The notes under the pieces: generated by a model | Told to the model about the DNA's origin: nothing | What the model saw: only the letters and a program-made list of their open reading frames with translations | Database searches by the model: none | Translations under genes and position numbers: made by a program | In this document: positions 41,729 through 56,425 of the stretch, piece by piece | Layout of the letters: each line of letters starts with the position of its first letter | How positions within the stretch are numbered: position 1 is the first letter of the stretch | DNA from: Eledone cirrhosa | Taxonomy: Eukaryota | Length of the DNA: 64,000 bases | Assembly (NCBI GenBank): GCA_964016885.1 | Contig: OZ024743.1 | Span: 280,488,001-280,552,000, forward strand | Direction: 5' to 3'

Positions 41729-42447
41729 ATTATCACCACGCTGTATACGAACACACATAAACAAACAAACACACAGGCAGAAAGGCCCCCAAAAATGAAT
41801 AAGCATAAGTTTCATTGTAATGTAGTGTTCGAATGTCTGACTTAGTTTTAGTTTTTTAAGTTTTACTTTTTCCCCCCTCTTCTCTGTCCGTCCGCCTGCT
41901 TCTCTCTTCATTCTTATTTTCTTTACGTTTTTGGGGTTTCTTTTTTTTGTTTTTGTTTTTCTCTGTTTGTTTTTCTCGTTTTTTGCTGTTGTTGCTGTGC
42001 TGCTTTGGTTTTGTTGTTTGTTTTTTCTTTTTTCTTTTGAGTCTATCTATATATTTTGATGCCTTCCTCTTTGTTAGTAGTAGGAATTCTATAATGTGGA
42101 AGTAGCAGCCAGCAGGGGGAAGTGGGAGACTGGCGGCGTTAGCGATACTGAGACAGTGGTGGTGGTGATGTCGATACCGAGGCAGTGGTGGCGGTGATGT
42201 GACCGTATTACTGTAGTGATGGTGCTGTAGCGGAGTCAAGGGGTGGTGGCGGCGGTGATGGGATAGTGGTGGTAATGATGGCCGTAGTGAGCGGTGGCGG
42301 TGAAGGTGAAAATGTGTCGTTATCTGGCTGTTGTGTTTAGTGTACACAGATGATGGGGTGGGTGGTGTATCTAGTTTCTGGTGTTGGTGAGTTTAGCTGT
42401 CCTATATAGTGTAGCCAATTATTATTATTATTATTATTATTATTATT

Positions 42448-42928
42448 TATGGTGGACCAGATTAAAAGAACTGAAGACTGACACTTTTCTCTTCGGACAA
42501 TCCCTCATCAACTTCTTCAAGTTTCACCTGGAAAGGAAGGAGAGGGTGGAGAGAGAAGTGCTTCCCCCCAGTACATTTGCTAAAAGGTGGATGAATGTGG
42601 CGAGAATGGCCCGTGTCAATAGGCCTACTCTGACCATGCGCCTATAGGCTAGCTAACTTGAGGAGAGGGGTGTTCTCGCTGGGTGCCCGAGAAGCGCAAG
42701 GTGGTTCAGGATTGGTGGGGTACCTGAGTCACCCCAGGGTCTTCCACTCCCTATCGGGGAATTTATTTTGTTATTTTTATGCATACTTTATCTCATATTA
42801 TTTTATATCTTCATTGTTAAATTAGTCTTGCCATTGTGCACTTTTACTCGACCTTATTGTAAACCCCCACTGTCCCTGTCTTTGTATTGGCCCCTACATG
42901 TCGGCCCTTGTGGCTAATAAATGAAATC
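42448..42928 (+). mobile_element. 5'-truncated Tx1-like LINE 3' end (subfamily B/C)
   Basis: WWTRLK..MRL matches the ORF2 end; tail GGCCCTTGTGGCTAATAAATGAAATC; ATT tracts at 42418-42447 and 42932-42949. Confidence 0.92.
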
Positions 42929-42949
42929 ATGATTATTATTATTATTATT

Positions 42950-43135
42950 CATCTTCTTCTTGTCGACACTGTCGTCATCATAATCGTCATCAACATTACC
43001 ATCTTCTTCATGGTCATCATCATTTTATCACCATTATCTTCATCATCGTTATCATCATCATCATCATCATCATTAGCATCATCATTAGCTTCATTATCAT
43101 CATCATCATCATCAGCATCATTATCATCATCATGA
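42950..43135. repeat. Degenerate (CAT)n microsatellite
   Basis: Direct reading. Confidence 0.85.
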
Positions 43136-43539
43136 TTTTCTTCAACAACAATAACAATAACGGCCACGTTTTACAGAGTTCCTCCTAGAAGATTACCTAA
43201 CGAGTTATTTGTTATTATTTTTTTCTCTTTTTTGTTCTTTTTATGAACAAAGTCTTTCGGAGCATTTAAACGTGTAGCTCAATTACTCTGGAGTATTAAA
43301 GAACATCCGTCCTAAGATTTTCTTTTTTTTTTTTTTTACTTATATACACATTTTGCCTTAACAGCAATATTTGTTTTTTTTTTCTCAGTGATTCAATATG
43401 ACGATCTGTGGAGTAGTAACGAGAACATAAAGGTGTTAGCAGTGAATACACCCCACATAATTTTAGAATATAAACATACATTTTAAATAAAAAGTTGAAC
43501 AAAAATATTGTCAATGAAAATAATCAGACACAATTATAA

Positions 43540-45289
43540 CACCGTGTAACATATGTTTTGTTCCCCGGTTTTAAGTGTCATTTCCTGGTTTGTTATATTC
43601 CAATATTATTTTTAAAAATCACTATTATTTAATCAGAAGTTTGGGTTTGTGGTCAGGAGTTTGATATTTCGAAATTTTCATATTTTTCAAGAAAAAACAC
43701 ATTTTCTTTTAATTTATCAGTTCATATAATTAAATCAACAGAGTATATATTTATTTTATTACACAAGCTTATCAAAAGCAAACAAGTAAAAACAAATAAC
43801 ACTTATAAAGCAACTTATACACGTCAGAAATGACTGGATTTCCTGGATTTGTGGTTGTAGTCCAGATCGCATTCCCGCACTAGCCCCCAGATATAGTCCC
43901 CCATCATGTTTTCATTGTAGTGGCCCTGGTACCTCCGCTCTATCTCTTTCACATCTTGGTGGAATCCTTCGCCTTGTTCTTCTGAGTAGGCGCCCATATT
44001 GTCCTTGAATTTTTCCAGGTGAGCGTCCAGCATATGGAGTTTAAGCGACATCCTGCATCCCATGGCGCCAAAAGCCTTTATCAGATCCTGCACCAGTTGC
44101 TGGTAGTTTTCAGTTCTGTAGTTGTCCAGGAAGCCCTTAACAACTGCCTTGAAACAGTTCCATGCTGTTCTCTCAATCCTATTGAGCTTATTGGAGAACT
44201 CGGTAGACTCAAACACCTTCTTTATCTGAGGTCCAACAAAAATTTCACCTTTGATTTTGGCCTCAGATAACTTGGGGAAGAACTCAAGAAGGTACTTAAA
44301 AGCGGCTGATTCTTGGTTGAGAGCCTTCACAAACTGCTTCATCAACCCCAACTTAATGTGCAGTGGCGGCATGAGCACAATCCTGGGATCAACCAGTGGC
44401 TCCCACATGACGTTCCGGGTCCCAACTACAAATTCTGTTCGCTGCTCCCAGTTCTTTCTTTTGTAGTGGTCAGAGGTGGCTCTGCTGTCCCAAAGGCAGA
44501 GGAAGCATTGGTATTTTATAAAGCCTCCTTGGAGTCCAAGCAGGAAAGCCACCATCTTGAAGTCTCCAATGATTTCCCAATTGTACTGGTTGTATTGCAG
44601 AGCTTCCAAGAGGACTTTCACACTGTAGTAATCTTCCTTCAGGCAGACTGAATGAGCTAGGGGCAGTGTCGCGAACTTGTTTCCATTGTGGAGGGGGGCA
44701 GCCTTCAAACTTGTGGTGGAGCTGTCTATAAATAGCCGCCACTCCTTGGGCACAAACGGCACCCCAAATAACGGCAAAAAGTCCAGGCACGTCATGGCAG
44801 AAGCAGAGGCCATCCCTAAGAGTGTAAAAGCCTGAGAAAGGTTCGTGTCGACTTCTCTGACTTGTCACCTGCACTTCCTCCTTGACCAAGTTCCACTGCT
44901 TCATCCTGGAGACGAATGCTTAAAACACAACTTACCCTTTATTCAGGGTGCGAAAATCCAGTATCAATAAATCACTTTAATCCACTTTTTAACAATTTTA
45001 TACTTTATTGCACTTTTATAATTTTCTTTAGGTATTACTCTTTATTTTATAATTTTAATTTAACCTCAAACATATATAAAAAAAAATCATTAAACATAAG
45101 CAAATTAAACTTACATACAACGTAAAATCCAGCATACAAATAACTCTAGTGAATAGCTTAGAATTTTACAAACCCAAACTTTTAACTGTTTAATAGCATT
45201 TTTTTTTTATTTATTTGGGACCTAAGCAACACAAAAAAAATGATTACAAGCCACTAACAGAGAAAAAAAATTTTTTTTGTTACACGGTG
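43540..45289 (-). mobile_element. Chapaev3-like (CMC) DNA transposon, internally deleted
   Basis: 12-bp TIRs CACCGTGTAACA / TGTTACACGGTG; 3-bp TSD TAA at 43537-43539 and 45290-45292. Confidence 0.85.
43824..44910 (-). pseudogene. Chapaev3-like transposase C-terminal part
   Basis: EWRLFIDSS..SLKA..LHNGN, GDFK, CFLCLWDSRA, PPLHIKLGLMKQFVKAL, MSLKLH.LDAH, SEEQGE.FHQD; frameshift near 44800; N-terminus missing. Confidence 0.85.
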
Positions 45290-45921
45290 TAATCACAGAA
45301 AATTACAACTTGACACGCCGAAATACAAACGTATACAACATTTAAAATGAATTACCACAAAAACAGCAATTCATCGTTTACTAGCGTTTTTAGTTAGAAG
45401 TGAATATTGGACTCGATCAACTCCAGGTAAAGGAAAAAGCGGGAAAGAGCGACTGGAATTTTTCCAAATCACAGTGAAAAATTCCCTATGCCCTCAAATG
45501 TGGAGTTGGAGGAATCCCTAGTCGATATAGTATAAGGTATGCTCTATCGGCTAGGGAAGATGTAGGTCTGATTTGTAAGATTGCGAAGCAACGCACACAA
45601 TTCACCAGAATTTCAGGACCGTTTACCTTACGTTATTTAATTACTGCTATTTGCGTTCGGAGTTCAAATTTCGACGACATAAATCTGCTTTTCATTCTGG
45701 GCCAATGAAGTTGTAATGATGGTGGTATTGGTGACATCTCTTGTCATGTCTACAATGTTACTGAAATGATTAATGGACTTAGAATATGCATGCGCTTTTC
45801 TTGGTCCTTTCACAAAAGAGAGAAGTGTGAGCAAGAGTGGGACGAAAATGACTGCCAGTACTTTAGTAGATGAAGGCTACGTTATTTATTGGCCCCAAAT
45901 ATTCTTGAAAACTCCAGACTG

Positions 45922-46029
<108 letters not shown>

Positions 46030-46509
46030 CGCTAGTACAGTGGTCTCTACTCCTCGGTCTGGCTGGTCTCGTTTCATTTCCCATCGGCCACACCAAAAAT
46101 ACTCGTCTCCCCAATTTTAACAGCCATGTCCGCTGTTCGACCCCTAATCCAAACTCTAAGGAGTATGCCCAGACCCTCTTGTCCAGAACGACGGGCAATA
46201 ATTTAAATGGTATATCAACGGCATCACTTTACCGGTCACGTAGGGTCTGCGAAGATTATGGCATCCAGAATATCAATGATGTATACAAAATACAGAATTG
46301 ATCCAGAAAAGTAGATGATTAATAATGGAAGTGATATAACAAGAAGAATAGAAGAGTATAATTCTAAGAACCATTACATACCATAAGGAAATAATGACTA
46401 CACCTTCATATGATACGAACCAGGAGTCCTGCTACTAGTAAATCTTGTTGATGCGGGCAGATGCAATCTCCTATTGTCGGATAACAATGCGGATCTATGC
46501 TTGTTGTTA

Positions 46510-46546
<37 letters not shown>

Positions 46547-46979
46547 ATAAGAATTTATGTATACATGCGTTTCTGTGTGTATGCATGTGTGTTTGTGGTG
46601 TGGACATATGAATATATGACAACGTATACATGTGCGTGAAATGCGTGCGTGAGAGCAGGTGAACTCAGCAATTGAACTGTCGGTACTAGAAAACTGAATG
46701 GCAGACATTAATTCAGCGTGGTAAATTAATTGAAAGGAACCTATGCGTGTTGGAAGTTTGAAGAATGTTCCAAGATTTGGTGCCTACAGAATAGAGGGAA
46801 GGAAGACACGAAACATCCAATACTCTTGACTCAGTTATTTCCTCAAATATTAATCGGAATATTTCTGTGAAATAAACACAAAAAAATGTTTAAAAAATTA
46901 ATAATTATTGAAGCATAGAAAATAATATTGAAGAAGATAATATAAAAATACGGTGTGATATAATATTATATCATATTAC

Positions 46980-47061
<82 letters not shown>

Positions 47062-47069
47062 ATATTTAC

Positions 47070-47100
<31 letters not shown>

Positions 47101-47164
47101 TATATGTGTGTGTGTATGTATGTATATATATATATATGTATGTATGTATATATATGTGTATGTA

Positions 47165-47195
<31 letters not shown>

Positions 47196-47196
<1 letters not shown>

Positions 47197-47989
47197 AGTT
47201 GTAATAAAATGAAAACGAAATTTCATTTCTCACTCTTAGTACGGCACTTACTTAAATGTAAGTATGTATGTATACGTACATACATATATGTATACAGACG
47301 TACAGTAGCATGCATATATATATATATATATATACATACAGGTACACATACATATATGTACGTATCAGTTTAGCGGACGCTTATTATAGCGCCCGCTTTG
47401 TTCGTTTGTAAACAAACTGAACAGCCTGAATTTATGCCGTACGGTGTTAAGGCAACCACGTCACCTTTTTGTTCAACACTGACACAGGAACGATGTACTA
47501 GTTTCAAGCTTGTTAGCTATCATCAGCATCGTATACCCTTCTGCCAGATGGTTGAACGTTCGAAAGTATATACTTTCCTTATGAAAATTAACGGCTGAGC
47601 AGCCTAATTTGCATATCGAGTGAGTCCGGCCAGGCGTACCGAGAACGACAAGTTGTAATAAAATGAAAACGAAATTTCATTTCTCACTCTTAGTACGGCA
47701 CTTACTTAAATGTAAGTATGTATGTATACGTACATACATATATGTATACAGACGTACAGTAGCATGCATATATATATATATATATATACATATATACATA
47801 CAGGTACACATACATATATGTACGTATCAGTTTAGCGGACGCTTATTATAGCGCCCGCTTTTAGCGTCCGCTAAACTGATACGTACATATATGTATGTGT
47901 ACCTGTATGTATATATGTATATATATATATATATATGCATGCTACTGTACGTCTGTATACATATATGTATGTACGTATACATACATACT

Positions 47990-47994
<5 letters not shown>
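47196..47994 (-). mobile_element. Hammerhead-containing non-autonomous element: 1.5 tandem units plus inverted terminal segment
   Basis: Unit 47196-47649 (454 bp), partial repeat 47650-47860, inverted copy 47863-47994; long similar TA/TG-rich flanks near 47061-47175 and 48043-48160. Confidence 0.85.
47490..47532 (-). ncRNA. Minimal type I hammerhead ribozyme with palindromic stem III
   Basis: Minus strand acgatg-CTGATGA-tagct aaca agctt-GAAA-ctag-TA-catcgt; 6-bp stem I; ACTAGT is self-complementary. Confidence 0.85.
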
Positions 47995-48046
<52 letters not shown>

Positions 48047-48051
48047 TTTAC

Positions 48052-48082
<31 letters not shown>

Positions 48083-48150
48083 TATACATGTGTTTGTGTA
48101 TGTATGTATATATATATGTATGTATGTATATATATGTGTATGTATATATG

Positions 48151-48189
<39 letters not shown>

Positions 48190-48356
48190 CAGGGGGGGGG
48201 GGGGTGTACGTCTATATAAATATACATAGATATAGTATATATAGTATCACAAAGAAAAACATATATCATTATATTACGGTCAGTTCACAACAGCATCAGC
48301 TACTATATCAATATTGAAATGAAATACAACTATTACAACGATATCGTAATCATTGG

Positions 48357-48662
48357 CAACAACAACAACAACGACAACAACAACAACAACGACGACGACG
48401 ACGACAACAACAACAACAACGACGACGACGACGACAACAACGACGACGACGACGACAACAACAACGACGACGACGACGACAACAACAACGACGACGACGA
48501 CAACAACAACAACAACGACGACGACGACGACAACAACAACGACGACGACGACGACGACAACAACGACGACGACGACAACAACAACAACAACGACGACGAC
48601 GACGACAACAACGACGACGACGACGACAACAACAACGACGATGACGACGACGACAACAACAA

Positions 48663-48693
<31 letters not shown>

Positions 48694-48945
48694 ACAACGA
48701 CGACAACAACAACAACGACGACGATGACAACAACAACGACGACGACGACGACGACGACAACAACGACGACGACGACAACAACAACGACGACGACGACGAC
48801 GACGACAACAACGACAACAACCACAACAACCACAACAACCACAACAACCACAACAACAACATCGACAACAACAACGACGACAACAACAACGACAACAACA
48901 ACAACAACAACAACGACGACAACAACAACAACCACAACAACCGCT
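48357..48945. repeat. Compound (CAA)n/(CGA)n trinucleotide repeat
   Basis: Alternating blocks of AAC and GAC triplets. Confidence 0.95.
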
Positions 48946-49439
48946 ACAATAAAATGACAATAAGTAAATTAATGATAATAGCAACAATAATGTTGCTGAC
49001 AAAGTGGTAAAGCTGATGAAAATGCAGTTGTCCCTGTTGAAAAAGATGGCTGATGGTGATGATGAGGAGGAGGGGGAGGGGGCATAGGGAGGCTTATGAT
49101 GATGATAAGGATGATGATGATAAATATTATGTCAATGAAGGGGAGATGAGGAGGAGGAAGGAGGGGGGTGAAGGAGGGGGACGATAATAGGAAGGCTTAT
49201 GATGATGATGACGGCGATGAATATTTTCTCCATGAGAGGAGGAGGGGAAGGACAGAGGCGGAGGAGGGGGAAGGAGGGAGGCAGAGGGCGATGAACTTGA
49301 GGAGGATGTGACCGGTGGGTTGGTGGTACGAGCCATATTGGTTATGATGTGTAGTGGTCTAAGTTTAAGTTGGAAACTACATAGGAGAGAAACTGAAAAC
49401 GAAATGATGATGATAATTATGATGATATGAGAAACACAG

Positions 49440-49492
<53 letters not shown>

Positions 49493-49784
49493 TAACAGAT
49501 TAAAGTTTAAGCAAAGAATCGCTGCTTCCACCCTTAACGGGATCTTCTGAAACTAACAAAGCCAATCTGTAAACGCAGAAGTGGATATTTCAAAAAACGT
49601 TGTAACCGTGGGAAGACAGGAAGACGATACTTTGGTTCGTGGAAACGTTCGCTGGCAAAGAACGGGAAAAAACGAATATAATACGTCATTAATAGGAGCG
49701 GTGAAAAACAATTACACCGGTTCTTATATATTTGATATATATTTATCCTTATCGAGCCCTCTTTGTTTCCATTTATTTAATATC

Positions 49785-50735
<951 letters not shown>

Positions 50736-50758
50736 TATATATATATATATATATATAA

Positions 50759-50841
<83 letters not shown>

Positions 50842-50929
50842 TGTATATATCTTACCAGGAGATTCCAACCAGAGTGGTTGCATTTTTTCCGGGTATGTCA
50901 ATATTTATTTATGAAACTAACGTATATTA

Positions 50930-50995
50930 TATTTTATCTGATGAAAGCGCACCAGAATTTGCCTTGGTGGCACTTGAAATATGTATAATGAAATA
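50930..50995 (+). ncRNA. Type I hammerhead ribozyme (AT-rich family)
   Basis: tattttat-CTGATGA-aagcgcacca..tggtggcactt-GAAA-tatgta-TA-atgaaata. Confidence 0.7.
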
Positions 50996-51019
50996 AATAT
51001 AGTTTCCATTTGTTAATAT

Positions 51020-51592
<573 letters not shown>

Positions 51593-51701
51593 TTAGAAAT
51601 GTAAGCTATCGCCGTATTTTGACTAAAGAAATTAAAGAAATTATTTAGCCTGATAGTGGGGTTAAGGAGCCTCGGAGAAATGGAAAAAAATGAGTATTGA
51701 C

Positions 51702-51741
<40 letters not shown>

Positions 51742-51821
51742 TTTCTCTTTCTCTTAATTTCGAGTATATTTTTTTGACCGGCCACCTTCCTGGTGGCAAG
51801 GTTGTAAAAGAAAAGAAATTG

Positions 51822-54190
51822 TCATTCCTTGAATCGCAAGAATGTTTTGCAAATTATGAAGGTGCCAGCTATCGCAGTCATTTGTAGACTATGAATTAGG
51901 GAGCTGCACTTTTTGTCCGCAAATCCAAGTTCAGTCATACTTTGGTCCAAGCGGGTTGGTATATAACCCGTAGCACCAATAATGATGGGTATGAAGCTAA
52001 AGGTGTATCTTGGATACTGGATTTGTAAACTCCTCATCAATGGTCCGTAGATGTCCTCCTTCTCCTGTATTTTTCTGACAACGTTTACATCAAGTGGGCA
52101 GCTGATCTCCACAACAGAACACGTTTTCAATGTGTGGTCCCAAACTACAATATCAGACAGGTTGTGCTTTAATTTGGTGGCAGTTTTTATTTTCAGGTTC
52201 CACCAGTATTCCTTAGTGCCATCTGTCTCAATATATTCTTCCTCGTTTGTTGTTAATTTTGTTTTCCGAAGTGCGTTCCAGGTGGTTCTAGCTATCCCAT
52301 CGTGTCTCATGGGGAGGTAGTAGCGAGATGACATTATTTCGCAGCTGGCAAATCCCTGAGTTCAAATCCCGCCGTGGTTGACTTTGCCTTTCATCCTTAC
52401 GGGGTCGATAAAATAAAGTACCAGTAATGCACTGGATAATTGCTGGCCTTGTGCCTAAAGTAAAAACAATTATTTCGCAGCTGGCAACAATGTGGCTTAC
52501 ATCCTCGATCTTTGTTTTACATAGCCTACATTTATTGTCAGTTGCTGGCCCTCCTCTTTTGTGCAGCAGATATTTGGTAGGGAGTTCTTGTTCCTGTATT
52601 GCATAGAGATATCCCTCAAGGTGTGATGTCATAAACTTGTCGGAACTCCATGCCAGGCTTTTTGAGTGGTTTATCCCCTCTATGGTCTGTGTTTTACGCC
52701 TCAAGTATCCATGCACAACTTTTTCTGTAAATTGGTCAATTTTTTTATCTTTTTTGAACATTGAATAGGATCTTCCGATTTCTCTAGGTGAGAGATTTAT
52801 ATCAGGCTTTATTCCATATCTCCCCTCCAGATCAGTCGCTATTCTAATGATATTTCTTTTTTCATGCTCATAACCCTGGGCAAGATGGTTGCCAACCTTT
52901 TTCCTCTGTTGAAGGTGTTGCTTCAGTGTTACTATCCGGGTCTCATATGTTGTTAATATTGATTTTAGACCCCAGCCACCTTCCTTGCGTGAGAAGTATA
53001 GCCTATTCACATCACCATTGATGTTAAAGTTCCCAGTAACACTGAGAAGTTTTCGAGTTCTAACATCCATCTCACTTAGTTCTTGCAATGACCAGTTCAG
53101 TAGGCCAAATGTTGGCGTTAGAATTGGCACAGCATAAGTATTGTGGGCAATGTATTTGTTGTATGCTGACAGTTCTGATGACCATATTTTCTTTACTCTT
53201 CTGAGGTATTCAGTTCTGGTTCTCTCCTTATTTATGGGTCCATCATATCTGACATTCTCATCCTGTCCAAGATATCTGTAGTTGTCACCTGACTGCAGAG
53301 GTTGTATTGTCAGGCCGTTCATCTCTAGATTTCTAGAGGAGGGCACAGCTCTTCCACGTTTTACTGCCAAATATGCACACTTGGACTCACCAAATTTAAT
53401 TTTGATGTCGGTTGAAAATTGTGTAATGAGGTCCAATTGTTTCTTGATGTCATTGATATTTGGCCCATACAACTTCAGGTCATCAACAAAGAAAAGATGG
53501 GAGATACTTCTGGGCCCACTTCTTTGTCCACCTTGTTTCCTGAGTAGGTAAGATAATGGATTCAGTGAGAGAACGAAGAGTAGCACTGACAAGCTATCAC
53601 CCTGAAAGATGCCCTTCTGGTAATGTATCTTATCAGTCTTAACCTGCTCCTTCTCACCTCTAAGGATCAATTTGGTGTACCAGTTCTTGGTCAGGCGTTC
53701 AACAGCAGCTACCAATGGTTGTGGGACTTTAGCTAACTGTAAAGCCTTAATAATCCACCCATGAGGTACACTATCAAATGCTTTTTGATAGTCCAGCCAC
53801 ACGACAGTTATGTTTCTGCGATTCTTTGTTGTTTTTTCCTGAATCATTTTGTTAGTTAGTAGGTGATCTATGCAACCCACACCTCCCTCTTTCCACCAGC
53901 TTGCTCAGGTGTTATGATGTTGTTGGTAGCACAGTGATCCTGTAAGAACAGGTTAAGGCACCCAGTATATAATTTATACATGATATTTTGGCAGGCAATT
54001 GGGCGGTAATTTTTAGCAAGGGTGGTTTGGCTATTTTGGGGAATGAGGAGAGTAGTGGCAGTTGATAACCATCTGGGCAGTTCTTGTGTGCCCTTAATGG
54101 TTTCTGTAAACAGCCGTATGAGATCTTGCCGATAGAAAGTGAAATTCTTCAACCTGTATCCTGTAATGAGGTCTGGGCCTGGCGATTTCC
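51822..54190 (-). pseudogene. Decayed second family of R4/Dong-like RT-RLE retrotransposon, 5'-truncated
   Basis: KSPGPD, NYRPIACQN, WLDYQKAFD, QGDSLS, FVDDLKL, CRLCK..EDVSHIVASC, RHD; clearly divergent from the 38220 family; SINE insertion; truncated at (ATGT)n. Confidence 0.88.
52352..52468 (+). mobile_element. 5'-truncated SINE with 19-bp TSD
   Basis: TSD ATTATTTCGCAGCTGGCAA at 52333-52351 and 52469-52487. Confidence 0.92.
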
Positions 54191-54643
54191 TATGTATGTA
54201 TGTATGTATGTATGTATGTATGTATGTATGTATGTATGTATGTATGTGAGGGAGCTTATAGATAGGACAACACACGCTGTCTTTTCGTGGGGTAAGTTTT
54301 TTAATCAATTTTTGTATTCTGAAACATCAAAATACAACAATTTGTTGGTCACTGGACTCGGGAATGTCACGACAGAAGTTTGTGGAAGTTACACAAATAT
54401 TTTAGTATATTTTAGCAGAGCAATCCTTATTTATATTTTACATTTAACATTTACTTACATCTCAATATAACATGGCTAAAATTCAAATTTTGCAAAGAGA
54501 AGAAAACGGTCAAATGAACTAGATACATCGCACTGTCCCCCGCCACCACAATAACTTCTACACTCTCTCCCCACCATCACATGTCATTACCCTATCTAGA
54601 CTAAAGTCATCGACCTGTTGTCAAACTCTCTACTCTCTGTTGA

Positions 54644-54708
<65 letters not shown>

Positions 54709-54748
54709 CGATATTAATAAATGGAAACTATATTTATAAAACCATATT

Positions 54749-54813
54749 TATTTCATTATATATATTTCAAGGATACCAAGTTACATTATGGTATGCCTTC
54801 ATCAGACAAAATA
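54749..54813 (-). ncRNA. Type I hammerhead ribozyme (same family as 50930)
   Basis: Minus strand tattttgt-CTGATGA-aggcatacca..tggtatcctt-GAAA-tatata-TA-atgaaata. Confidence 0.7.
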
Positions 54814-55469
54814 CAATATATAACAGTTTTATAAATAGACATTGACGTACCCCTTTAAAAATTGACCGTTGCTTTTGGAGGCCATCAGGATAGTGATTTG
54901 TTTACTTTAGTGTTAAGAGTAAGTAAAAAGATGGAGAGAGAGAGAAACGTGGAGAAAAGAAGGGGAGAGATAGATAAAGAAAAAGAAGAAAGCAAAAAGA
55001 GAAGAGAACAGAGGAAAAATAACGGGGAGATATCAAATCATCAGACAGAGAAAAAATCCAGAGAGAGATATATAGAGATAGAGAAATATTTGTCGAGTGC
55101 TTTATATCAGTTATAAAAATATTTGCTTGTTGTATCCCAACAATTTAAATAAAACTTTTGCATATATATATGTATGTATATGTGTGTATATACATCACTC
55201 AGTCAAACAACCAGATTTCAACCCCAACATCTACAACAACAACACCAGCACTAATGTTTACAGCAACAACAGCTTCAGAATGAACTGAAATGAACATTTA
55301 CAACAACAACAGCGGCATCAAAAGATTTAAAAAAAAAAAAAAAAACTCAAAATAACAAAACACACACACACACGAACACAACACAACAACAACATCAACT
55401 GCCACCATCACCACTACCGCCGCCGCCATCACCATCACCAGCGACCGGGCCTTAAGAAAACAACTTTAA

Positions 55470-55620
55470 TAATAATTTTTCTGCTTTTGGCACGGATCCA
55501 GCGACTGGCCCAGCGCATCACTGGTACTCTCTTTTGTTGACTCCGTGGGGGTGAAAGGCAAGGTTGACCTCGGCGGGATTTAAGCTCAGAGAGTGGAGAG
55601 CCATAACTCTATGCTGTAAA
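55470..55620 (-). mobile_element. Diverged SINE copy
   Basis: Reverse complement CTGGTACT..GAAAGGCAAGGTTGACCTCGGCGGGATTTAAGCTCAG. Confidence 0.7.
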
Positions 55621-55718
55621 GCAATTATAATAATACTGGACTGTAGTACGATCGGCTTCAACTATACAAACTCTTGAAAGTCAACAGATGACATAATCTT
55701 GTATCAGTAATGACGGTA

Positions 55719-55756
<38 letters not shown>

Positions 55757-55889
55757 AAGTGAGTAGAGTAGCGTGTGTGTGTTTGTTTGTATGTATGAGT
55801 GTTGCTGTGTGCGCGCATATGTATGCGCGTGTGTGTATGTCGTACGTATAAGTGTCAATAAGTGATTTTTTTTTTTTTTTTTTTTCGCG

Positions 55890-56185
55890 CGGGGACATAG
55901 AAATAATCGGGCTGGATGCCCGATCGCGCAGTTAAACCACTGGGAGTGAAGAACCCCTAGCCCTTGTCAGGGCATTCTTCTAGGAGAAGGCATCTCAGGA
56001 AACTGGGTTAACTCCGACTTAAAACCTGCGGCTCAGTAGTTACCGATGATGTTGATCTTTTCTTCTTTTCGGGTTATAGCTACTGTCGCTCAGAGAGTGG
56101 GATTGGCTCAGTGCACAGTCTTTCCTCACTTTAAAAATATTCGTCACGCACAGGCATTGCACGAGTGCATTAATAATTATTAATA
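55890..56185 (+). mobile_element. Possible short RTE-derived non-autonomous element
   Basis: CAGGGCA..TCTAGGAGAAGG resembles RTE 5'UTR motifs as I recall them; ends in TAATAATTATTAAT. Confidence 0.35.
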
Positions 56186-56352
56186 GTGTACCATTATTAT
56201 TATTATTATTATTATTGACGAAAGTGGATGTACGTTTTTTGAAGCTCCGTGAGTAAGCAATTTTTGAGGATTAATTGTAGAGAATTGTTTATTTTTTGTA
56301 CCGCTGAAGCATTATAAGACATTAATTTGTATCCTGTGAAGGAATAACTCAT

Positions 56353-56380
56353 AATATTTGGGCCTTTTGGCCCAAATATT
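56353..56380 (+). promoter_or_regulatory. Conserved 5'UTR stem-loop of Tx1 element
   Basis: AATATTTGGGCC-TTTT-GGCCCAAATATT, identical at 28806-28833; different-sequence hairpin at 14788-14810. Confidence 0.7.
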
Positions 56381-56425
56381 TGAACTTTATTTTGAAAAAA
56401 ATAATAATTTTTTTCTCAAAAAAAC

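Noticed and set aside
41620-41730. HDV-like ribozyme at the Dong-like 5' end
   Set aside because: Partial motifs (GG..GGCTA, TCCTCG) are present, but I could not assemble the P1/P2/P3 double pseudoknot by eye; a descriptor search is needed.
41856-42347. H/P/K-rich ORF upstream of the Dong-like element as a possible ORF1 or host exon
   Set aside because: Low-complexity sequence with no domain motif; R4/Dong elements have a single ORF.
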